Origin: Octopus vulgaris
Taxonomy: Eukaryota
Length of the DNA: 64,000 bases
Assembly: GCA_951406725.2 (NCBI GenBank)
Contig: OX597838.1
Location: 23,994,001 to 24,058,000, forward strand
Reading direction: 5' to 3'
A program made the translations under genes and the position numbers. The notes under the pieces were generated by a model that saw only the letters and a program-made list of their open reading frames with translations, was not told the DNA's origin and did not search any database. Positions 52,990 to 64,000 of this stretch are shown here, piece after piece (the first letter of the stretch is position 1; every line of letters starts with the position of its first letter).

Positions 52990-54065
52990 TCAAATTTTGC
53001 CACAAGGCCATCAATTTCTGGAGAGGCTATAATTTGATTAAATCGACCCTAGTGATCAACTGGTACTTATTTCATCAACCTCAAGAGGATGAATGGTAAA
53101 CTCGACCTCAACGGAATTTGAACTCAGAATGTGAAGATTGACGAAATGCCATTAAGCATTTTGCCTGGTGTGCTAACGATTCTGCCAGCTCACCACTTTA
53201 AAATAATAATAATAATCTTTTCTACTAAAGGTACAAGGCCTGAAATTATGGGCAGGAGGGGACTAGTCAATTACATCAACCCCAGTGTTCAACAGGTACT
53301 TATTTTGTCAACCCCGGAAAGGAAGAAAGACAAAGTCGACCTTGGTGGAATTTGAACTCAGAATGTGAATACTTATGAAATGCTGCTAAGCATTTTGTCC
53401 AATGTGCTAACAGTTCTGCCAGTTTACCACCTCATTAATAATAATAATAATAATGATTTCATTTATTTGCTTCCTGGGTGAAGACTGGGGGGGGGGGGCA
53501 CAAAACAAAGACAAACATAATGTGTGGTGGGGTTCCATATAATGAAATGATAGAGACAAAAAATAGGAAAAAAAGATAAGTATACACTGTATACAATGGA
53601 AAGGAAGGGATATATATATACATAGTATAGAAAGGTTAAAAAAAGGGGGGGAAAAGATGATAGAAATTTAGCCCTCCCGATACAGGATCACCTCTTAATA
53701 ATAATGATAATTATGATTATAATAATGGTTTCAAATTTTGGCACAAGGCCAGCAATTTTGAGGAGGATGTAAGCTGATTACATCAATTCCAGTGTTTAAA
53801 TTTATTTTAAATTTTCTGATTTTTATTTGTTTTTATTTTGCATAAAAAAAAGGGATATTCTATGATTATAATTGTTGATAATTCCAGCACAAGGCTAGCA
53901 ATTTTGCGTGGGAAAAGGGTTAGTGGATTATATTGACCCTTGTATTTGACTGGAAAAAAAAAAGGATGAAAGGCATAGTTTACTTTGGTGAGATTTGAAC
54001 TCAGATTGTCAGGAGTGGGAACAAATACCACAAAGCATTTTGTCTGATACTCTTATGATTCTGCC
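52990..54065 (-). mobile_element. Family B SINE cluster
   Basis: Same unit motifs. Confidence 0.75.
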
Positions 54066-54174
54066 AATCCACAGCCCTACATGCTTGTGTCTCGAAGAAA
54101 CGTTCTGAACGCAAAAGGAAGGATCAGTGTTGGTTTCTTTGGTCCTGTTTCTCTGGATTATATGATTTATTCTA

Positions 54175-54402
54175 ACTCTGTTACTTGTTTCAGTCATTTG
54201 ACTGTGCCCATGCTGGAGCACCGCCATTAGTCGAGCACATCGACCCCAGGACTTATTCTTTGTAAACCTAGTACTTATATTCTATCGGTCTTTTTTGCCG
54301 AACCGCTAAGTTACAGGGATGTAAACACACCAGCATCAGTTGTCAAGCACTGTTAGGGGAACAAACACAGTCACACAAACATATACACATACACATAAAT
54401 AC

Positions 54403-54448
<46 letters not shown>

Positions 54449-54613
54449 GTGACAGGCTTGTTTCAGTTCCCGTCTACGAAATCCACTCACAAGGATTTGG
54501 TTGGCCCGAAGCTATAGTAGAAGACACTTGCCCAAGGTGCCACTCAGTGGGACTGAACCCAGAACCATGTAGTTCATAAGCAAGCTACTTACCACACAGC
54601 CACTCCTACGCCT
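54175..54613 (-). mobile_element. SINE family A copy
   Basis: Full-length match. Confidence 0.85.
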
Positions 54614-54629
54614 ATTTAAGTAAAATTAA

Positions 54630-54890
54630 CGAAAGAGATTCTGCCAGACTGACCAGATTCTTCATCTAGCTAGCCAACACCACTCAAAAACAACTGTGAC
54701 TTAGGTGCCACATGTTGGCTAGTATAAAAGGGCCAAACCAAAGATCCTTTAGCTGCAGACATTCCAAGAAGTCCAGAAGAAGTCCAATATTACATGGAAT
54801 GGATATTCAAGATTAGCAGCCAACTGAACTCGGTGGAGGAAGTTTGCCATTCATTGCGCAAAGCAGTGCAAGAAGACCTGAAGCTAAAAT
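54630..54890 (+). mobile_element. RTE-like LINE 3' remnant
   Basis: TWNGYSRLAAN*TRWRKFAIHCAKQCKKT* resembles RTE ends. Confidence 0.45.
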
Positions 54891-55117
54891 AGAAAAAGAT
54901 TTGGTAAATATATTATGCTAAGTTAAGAAACATCTAGAATAAGTGCCAATATTTAGAAGTTCTTGCTATGTTGGTGATGAAATCTGCAGAATCGGTTGAG
55001 TGTTGGTAAAAATACTATGCACTATTTAGGGATGGTACCTTTGTTTTCAGTTCAAATCCTGGCAAGATCAAATTTTGTGTTCATCCTTCCATTGTTGATA
55101 AAGTAAAGTACCAGTTA

Positions 55118-55181
<64 letters not shown>

Positions 55182-55218
55182 AACACACACACACACATAC
55201 ATACACACATATATATAT

Positions 55219-55386
55219 AATTATAATTTAGGGTATCTAAGAGATACCTCCATGCTGGAAATAGCAGCCAAAACTTGACTCTAAAACCACATTAATGTTC
55301 ATACAGCATTTAATGTGGTTTTAGAGTCAAGTTTTGGCTGCTATTTCCAGCGTGGAGGTATCTCTTAGATACCCTAAATTATAATT
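55219..55386. repeat. Long near-perfect inverted repeat (77-bp arms, 14-nt loop)
   Basis: 55219-55295 is the reverse complement of 55310-55386, with one mismatch (catg/cgtg). Confidence 0.92.
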
Positions 55387-58300
55387 TTAATAATAATTAT
55401 TACCTTCGAAGGTTTTTATTCCCATGCTAGCCACTTGATAAGATCGATATTTAAATTAACGATCTTATCCTTATGTATATATAATCTTTTACTTGCTACT
55501 TGTTTCAGTCTTTAGACTGTGGCCATGATGGGGCACTGTCTTGAAGAATTTTTTGTCGTGTGAATTAACCACAGAACTTTCTTTGTAAAGCCTAGTACTT
55601 ATGCTGTCGGTCACTTTTGCCATGTGGTTGGAAAGCAAACTTCTTACTACAATCACCATTTTAAAAAAAATCTTGTTTCAAAATTGTGGAAGGACACTAC
55701 AAAGTCAGACTTATGTCTGTTCAACTTCAGAAGCTGCTATTTATAGAGGCAGAGAGAGCGAGAGAGAGAGAGAGAGCAAGAGAATGCCTACATAGTTTGT
55801 ATTATGGTGGGGCTAGAGTTTAACCCAAGGACACTCCACTGACTGAGCATAGCTACGATTAAAACATTCCATTTGTGACCATCTTGACTTTTTAGGAGCA
55901 CCTAAGACAGCTGTTCCCAACCTGAACTCTATGGATCCTGGTGATCCACAAAAGAACATTGTCATCATCATCATCATCACCACCATCATTATCATCCATT
56001 TTCTATGCTTGCTTGAGTTGGTCAGTTTGACAAGAGCTCACAAGCTGGAAACCCACACCAGGTTCCAGGCTGATTTGACTTGGTTTCTACGGCTGGATGC
56101 CCTTCCTAATGTCAACCACTTTACAATGTGTGCTGGGTGCTTTTAATGTGCCACTGACATAAGTGCTTTTGTATGGCACCAGCACAGGACTCTTGCTGGC
56201 CAATCCTCTTCACCAGGGGATGTGGTCTTAACACTTCTACTCTGGCGGACAGGTCTTGTTGAATATGTGGAGGATGGGTCCTCTATCTTTCAAAATCCTG
56301 TTCCTTGCACATGGAACTTTTGGTCCTCCATAATCGCTTTGGTGTATCAGTCAACCCTCCTGTTTTTGGCTGTAAATTTTGGGTTTAAAATTTCAACTTG
56401 TATGCCAGTTAATACAGTACGTCTGTATATCTTACTTAAGACAGTAAAATTGGATTTGAGGGTGATGTGGTTGCTTTTTCTAGCAGGTCAAACAATCACA
56501 TTAAATGCTCCCTGGCTGACTCACTTAGCATTGTGGCTCAACCATATATGGCGTGTCAAACTAATACGTCGTCATTTTATATAGAGTATTCTAATTGCGT
56601 ATTTTTAACTATTTCGTATTTTGGCAAGAGTGTCTCTATCAAATGTTATTTTTGGTCAGAGCGAACAGCATTTCACAGATTATTATTTATTATTATTACT
56701 ACTACTACTACTACTACTATCATCAACATTATTATTATTATTATTATTATTTTTTATTATTATTATTATTATTATTATAGTTGTAGTAATTGTTTTGTTA
56801 GTCTTGGAATGCATAACAGGAACTAAGCTGAAAAGTAAGTTTGCAAGAAAGAAGGAAATATTTATTCCTCTGTCAATGTTGTCAGATGGCAAGAGTATTA
56901 ATAGAAGAAGAAAAAAAATGTGAATTTGCATCATAAATTAGCTCAAGTGCATATTTAATAATTAGCCAACTGCTATAACGGTTAATTTAAGAAGCATAAA
57001 CTCACCAGACATAATAAATAAAGGATAGTTTGTGGAGAGTACTTTATGTGTGTGTGTGTGTGAGGGAGAGAAAGAGAGAGAGATTTTTTTTTGTTTTTTA
57101 CCATGAAGGTGCATGGTAAAAATGTTCGCAACAGGAAGGGCATCTGATTGTAAAAGAGTAATGCATCGTCATCATTCTTTGAGGTTCATTTTCCATGCTG
57201 ATATGGGTTGGATGTTTTGACCGCAGATGGAAAGCAGAAGAACTGCACCAGGTTCCAGTATGAGGGGAGGCTGGTATGCATGGGTAACTGTTGGTCTTCT
57301 ATAAACAACCTTGCCTGGACTTGTGCCTTGGAGGAGAACTTTCTGGGTGCAATCCCATGGTCATTCATGACTAAAGACAGTCTTCATATTTCATCATCAT
57401 CATCATCATCATCATCATTTAATGTCCGCTTTCCATGCTAGCATGGGTTGGGTGATTTGACTAAGGACTGATGAACCAGATAGCTGCGCCAGGCTCCAAT
57501 CTGATCTGGCAGAATTTCTACAGCTGGGTGCCCTTCCTAACGCCAACCACTCTGAGAGTATAGTGGGTGCTTTTACGTGCCACTGGCACGAGGGCTAATC
57601 TGGCGGTACTGGCAACGGCCACGCTCGAAATGGTGTTTTTTACGTGCCACCTGCATAGGAGTCACTCCAGCGGCACTGGCAACGACCTCGCTCAAATGTT
57701 TTATATATATATATATATATATAATTAATGTGAATATGGCTTGTGCCTAAATTAGAAACATTATTGTTGACTTTTAGCCTATCAAAGTATTAAGTACAGA
57801 ATGTGTAAGATGGTATTCTATAAAATTAACAAGACGAGAGACTCAAGTGGTACCCAGTTTACCAGTCCAGAATAACAGATACTGTTGTAGTCATGGTGGT
57901 AGATGTAGAGGAGGACGTGACGCTGTTTGATGTACTTCTGTGCTGGGGAGTGGAAGTTTTTCCTGTCAATCATACAATCTTCTGTAAATGTAATTGTGTT
58001 TGTGAACTACTGCAGTGTTCTAGGTGTATTTTTTTATATATAAAGAGAACTCGGGCCATGTACATTACCAAAGTATTTTCTAGTACCAGAGAGGAGCCAT
58101 AGCCTTTGAGGTGCTGTCTTGCTTATGTATATAGGCATGTGGTTAACATGAATGGACATACCTATAATTAAGGGGGTACATTGGACAGCACTACCCCCTC
58201 ACTATTCAATGGTGTAACCTCAGATTTAGAAAATACAGTTTACAAGTATCTTTCTGTAATACAAATTTGTGCCCGCACAGAATTTCCTGAAGCACGCCCA

Positions 58301-58637
58301 GGTACTAAAGTCTGGTGACAGGCCTGTGAAAGGATCTTAGAAATGGTAAATCCTACCTAGCATTTGTAGAGGATGGTAAGGTTTTAAGTGTGTGCGGTTT
58401 AGGTGCGGGGAGAGTATTATGTTGTAGATGTGATTTCCTGACACAAGTAGTGATTGTGTTAAATGAGAAGCGGTTGTAATATCTTCATTGTAGGATGGTA
58501 CTGAGACCTCTGTTCATAGATATTTTGCATGCAAAGTATAAAATATCTAAGTTGCTGGAAGATGGCACCTGTGACAAGAATGTTAAACAAAACTATAGGA
58601 TGATATGAGCTGCCAAGTTGAATAAGAAACTGCTTAA

Positions 58638-58858
58638 CATTCTAGCATTCAGATTACTTTATCAAATATCATGTTTGTTTATTCACGGTGTTTTGAATTA
58701 ATCCTGTATTATCTCATAACTTCAAGATTTCAATGATGTGATAATATATTTTTGGAATGACATTGTAGTGTAGGTGTCAGAAGCCAGTTCTAGCCAGTTT
58801 GAACATAAAACAGGTCGAATATTTAGGGCCGGATATGGCTGGTTTAAATGCTAAAGGG
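58638..58858. mobile_element. piggyBac-like MITE with TTAA TSD
   Basis: TTAA at 58634-58637 and 58859-58862. TIRs cattctagcatt / aatgctaaaggg. Paralogous empty site with a single TTAA at 59476-59479. Confidence 0.85.
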
Positions 58859-61800
58859 TTAATCAACTGAGCTATAATTCCAGTGACGGCACATGGCTGA
58901 GTGGTTACAGCATCGGGCTCACAATCATGAGGTAGTGAGTTTGATTCCCAGACCAGACTGTGTGTTGTGCTCTTGAGCAAGACACTTTATTTCATGTTGC
59001 CCCAGTTCACTCAGCTGTAGAAATGAGCTGTGACATCACTGGTGCCAAGCTGTATCGGCCTTTGCATTTCCCTTGGATAACATCAGTGGCATGGAAAGGG
59101 GAGATTGGTATGCATGGGCGACTGCTGGTCTTCCATAAACAACCTTGCCCGGACTTGTGCCTCAGAGGAGAACTTTCTAGGTGCAATCTCATGGTCATTC
59201 GTGACTGAAGGGGGCCTGTATCTTTTATGGTTCCATACACAAGTTGTTTTTCTTTTACCTTGTGTATGTTTGCTAAAAGAATGTAGTTATTCTTTTTTGC
59301 TTTTTACTGATTCATCATTGCCCTATCCTCTTTTCACCATCTTGTTTACACTGCCTTGAAATTACGCATGCAAAGGATACAAAAACATCTAAGTTGCTTC
59401 ACGATGGCACCTGTGACCAGAACATTAAAGAAATGTATATAGTTTTATCAACTGTGAAGTTGAATAAGAAACTGCTTAATCAACTGAGCTATGATTCCAT
59501 ACACCAGTTATGTTCTTGACCTTGTGTATGTTGATGCCAATATAGAGTGATATCAGCTGCAAAGCTGTAACTGTATGTGTGTTTGTATACAGGATGTGTT
59601 GAAGCAATCTGATTGGAAATTTCTCAGTTGAGTGATGGTGACTCATGAATGAAGAGGAATATTGCTACCATGCCAAAATACAGCGAAAAGCTTTTGCTGA
59701 TATTAAAGTAGACAACCTTGATTTTTATTTATATATTTGTTTGTTTGTTTGTTTATTTATTGATTTGTTTGTTTATTTATTTATTTACTTATTTTATTTA
59801 TTTATTTATTTATTTTTGGGAAAGTTCTCAAGAGATTGTAAACAATGGCATTGCAGATTACAGAATGAAATATTCCGTCATTTAATAAATTCCGGACATG
59901 GAAAATGGTTATAAACTCCTTTTTTTTTTTTTTTTTTTTTATTTTTAAAACCAAATGTTTCATAATGCTTCATATAAATAAATGGTGAACTCTAATGACC
60001 CAAGACAGCTGTTTGTTTGATGAATTCTAGCAAAGCAGGAGATCTGACCATTGCTTCTGATCTTCAATGGCTTGGCCACATTCTCTCTGCGATTTTTTTT
60101 TTCCTTCTCATTTTTTTTTTCTTTCTTCTCATACATTTTTTATTAGTTATCATTCAGTAGAGTCAATATTGATAGATATATCTCGATTTCAAATGGAAAG
60201 ATTCCATCATTTGGCAGCTGTCATCATAAATTGAGAGAATAGATGGTTGTATGTATTACATAAAAAAACACACTCAAAAAAGTGGGGGAAATAAACAAAT
60301 GGGGGAAAAAAAATGACTGGAGATATTTCCTGATAGAAAATATCTAGAAAGAAAAGAATAATGAAAGTGAAGAGCTGTGCTGAACATTTAACAAGTCTCT
60401 GTTAGATTGGAGAGAAATATCAGAACGGTGAATTAAATATCTTATTTGCATTACAATTAAGATAGTAATAAGATCGGTCAGCTCTGGTCAAAGCAAACCT
60501 GGCTCAATGTGGTTGATGGAAATGCTAATGCGTACACACGTCCATAAAATTCATAGATCTACTTATATACACACACACACATAAACACATACACACATAC
60601 ATACATACATACATACATACATGAATACACATATATACACACATAAATACATACATACATACACAAACATATAAAAATACACATATTCATACACACACAT
60701 ACTTAAATACACATATAGGCATACATAGATACATACATACACAAACATACAAAAATACACATATATACATACACACACATACATATATACATAAACATAT
60801 ACATAAATACTCACACATACACAAATACGTACATACATGCATACTACATATTCACACATACATACATGCACACATACATATATACATAGATGCATACATA
60901 CACCCACGCACACATATACACACACAAGCATGCGTGCACAGGCATGACTGTGGTAGGTGCAGACCTGAATGTGTGGTTAAGAAATTTGCTTCCCAACCAC
61001 ATGGTTTCAGGTTCACTCCCACTGTATAGCCCCCTGGGCAAGTGTCTTCTTCTAAGGCCCCTGTTCCACCAAGCCCTTGTGAGTAAATTTGGTTGACAGG
61101 TAACCAGAAACTGAAAGTAGCTCATTGTGTGCATGTGTGTGTGTGTGTGTGTGTATTTTTTTCTTTGAGTTTAATTTAAGTTCTTCCTGAGAGAACTCAA
61201 GCCAGTTGCTAACAAAGCAACAAGACTTCTGTGTTGAGAAAGCTTCCGGTGTTTGCAAATATGTGGTTGTGTTGGTGTGTGTTGGTTGAGCCGTTGCTGC
61301 ACACACCCAAGTGTGTGCATCTTTTCATATAAGAATCTCAGATGGAGAATTTTGAGATTGTCTTGCAAATCTTCACTGCACAGCTAATAGATGCCATAAA
61401 TCAACGTACATACATACATACATACAATCATGCATGTGCATGTGTATTTATATATATGTATATATTTTTAGAAATTCTGTTAGCTTGCTTTCGTCGTTTT
61501 CAACACTGTGTGTATTTATAGTGAAGTATATTGTATGTGGTGATTGACGCTTTCAAGTCTATTTCTCAGCATATTGGCATAGAAACATTTTCTTTTGCCC
61601 TTATTTATAATTGAATATATATGTAGCGGGTGGCTTAGTGGTCAGGGTGTCAGCATCATGATCGTAAGATTGTGGTTTCGATTCCTGGACCGGGCAACGC
61701 GTTGTGTTCTTGAGCAAAACACTTCATTTCACGTTGCTCCAGTCCACTCAGCTGGCAAAAATGAGTAATGCTGCGATGGATTGGTGTCCCATCCAGCTGG

Positions 61801-61942
61801 GAAACACATACACCATAGAAACCGAGAAACCAGGCCTATGAGCCTGGCTAGGCTTTAAAACGGCACACTTATTTATTATTATATATGATATATATATATA
61901 TATATATATATACAGTGTTTTCAAATCCAAACCAGGGAGTTC

Positions 61943-61995
61943 TGAGCTGATGATAGAAGTGTCGATTTTGACTAATCTTGAAACGTACGTTCTCA
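61943..61995 (+). ncRNA. Minimal type-I hammerhead ribozyme motif
   Basis: TGAG CTGATGA tagaagtgtcgattttgactaatctt GAA ACGTACGT T CTCA. Palindromic stem III, imperfect stem II. Confidence 0.68.
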
Positions 61996-64000
61996 AATAA
62001 CCTTTGCATTTGATTTTTTAATGTCTCTACCCTCATACTTTCGTGAGTTGAATTGAGCAAACACTATATGAGAGAGATTTTCTTTAAGTATTGGAGATAG
62101 TTTTAAAAAAGTTTTTTTAGCTGCTATTTCTGATGAGTTCAGTATGCGGCAAAGTAATTTATTTTACTAAGCCCTTTTATATAATATATATATATATATA
62201 TAATTTGTGTGTAATCTCCTTGTCTTGATATCACACAGTTGTAAATGAATGGAATTCTTTTTCTGCTATATGCTGCAAAAATATGTCTGGCTATAGAAAA
62301 TCTGCTTCTGTAAACTCCATTTGACCCATGCAAGCATGGAGAAAGTGGTTGTTAAAATGATGATGAAGATTTTGTGTGTGTATGTGTGTGTGTATACACA
62401 GACTGATGGAAGCAGATAACTACACAGCAAGATAAATAAAACATTACCGCAGACAAGACTCACTCGAAGAATACGACCGCACGTAGATTAAATGGCATAA
62501 AATTATTGTCATTCTCAGTTTGTAGCATGGACAGACGGTAGACTGGTAACACAGTATGATAATGTCTAAATAAACTTTTGTATAATGAAACCTATTTATA
62601 TGAAATATATAGAAAAAAAATATTGTTTCCACTTTGCTGTAACTTTGTTAGATTTTATTTCCCTAAGGTAAACAATGGATGCCTAAATCTGTTTGTAGCT
62701 TTGAATACTCAATGAGATGTCTACATTTTTTTTTTTCTTTCCTATTCTAGCTGTTTTGTCCAGTTATTTTTCATTTCTATTCAGTGTAATGCTAAGGAGG
62801 TAGGAATGATGGCTTCTGGTTTAGTAGGCACAGGGCCAGCAGTATTTATGGGAGTGGTGGAGCAATGTTAGTCGATATCATCACCTGCTGCTTCTCCCAG
62901 TACTCGACTAGTGCTTTCGTTATATCAACCCCCGTGGGATGAAAAGCAAAGTTGACTCTCGCTGGCACTGAAACCAGAATCTAAAGAGCCAGAAATACTG
63001 CAAAGCATTTAAGGTGGGGAACTGGCAGAAATGTTAGCACACCGGGCAAAATACTTAGGGGTATTTTGTCCACCTTAACGTTCTGAATTCAAATTCCAGC
63101 TCACAGCCTTCTGCCATCTTATTAAAAATAATAGCAATAACGATGATTACAGAGATGTACTTGCATAGCAAGTGACCTGATCTGAGATTGTGTGCTGGGA
63201 CGAAAACAATTGCAGCATGGAAGGTGTTTGTAAGCCATTTAAGAAACACACAAAAACCGTTAAATTCACTTCAACATTTAAATTTAATTTGTCAAAATAT
63301 CATCGTCGCTTTGAGACCGCGACCTGTTCACTGACAAAATTCCGTGCTGCATAATAATAATAATAATAACAACCCTCTCTACCCTAAGCACTGGGAGTAA
63401 GAGGGGAAGTCAATTACATTGACCCTAGTACTCAGCTGGTATTTATTTTATCGGTCCTGAAAGGATGAAAAGCAAAGTCAATCTCGGCAGAATCTGAATT
63501 CAGAACTCAAATGATGGACAACATACTTGCCAGCATTTCATCCAGCGTTCAACAGTTCTGCCAACTTATCCCCTAATACTAATAACGATATCAGAGAACT
63601 AAAAACAATACACCCACGATATTCTCAGTCTATATATAACCATAGTAATTACTAGAGTATATTGTTTAGTGTCTCTTATCATGGCTATCAGCAACTATTG
63701 TTTGCTAATCATCTTTAATTAGTTTTGTTTTTGTTTGTTCTTTTACACTTAAACGCTGGTCTATAACTACACATGTTATGTATTCATGAAGCCCTTTATG
63801 TTATTTTAATATTTATATTTTTATATATATATTTTTTTGTCTTTTAGTATTAGTGATAATTGTTTTTGTTTTTTTCCTTGTTTTTTCTGAGCAGAGTAAG
63901 AATTAAGAGTAAATAAAGTAAAAATTAGAATAATTAAGCAAACAATAGAGTAGGAATTAGAATCACTTTATCATTTTCTTATTCTCTTTCACTCTTTTAT

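Noticed and set aside
59591-59720. Possible SARM1 exon 2 after tttgtatacag
   Set aside because: The phase-0 translation DVLKQSDWKFLS* stops early and does not resemble the expected ARM-SAM junction.
62129-62160. CTGATGA motif as another hammerhead (also 17679 and 21379-21385)
   Set aside because: No properly placed stem II/GAAA or stem I partner.

Overview
This is AT-rich, repeat-saturated animal genomic DNA. The SINE and microsatellite landscape looks like a coleoid cephalopod (Octopus-like); that is inferred, not verified. One protein-coding exon is clear: 17813-19294 (+), the first coding exon of a SARM1/Ect4/TIR-1 homologue (Ser-rich N-terminal extension plus most of the ARM domain), ending at a phase-0 GT donor. 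I found no SAM/TIR exon in the remaining ~44.7 kb, so it appears to be a very large intron. The rest is several SINE families, decayed LINE 3' ends (RTE-like, Tx1/L1-like, Dong/R4-like), MITEs (TA-TSD and TTAA-TSD) and microsatellites. Almost all other ORFs in the track are microsatellite artefacts. The most interesting signal is a set of at least six unrelated short elements carrying minimal type-I hammerhead ribozyme (HHR) folds of the Penelope-like kind, often between (TA)n tracts or in inverted arrangements. One is a head-to-head palindrome of a tRNA-headed SINE-like element whose tail carries an HHR (50047-50475). All structures were read by eye; no database search or folding was run.
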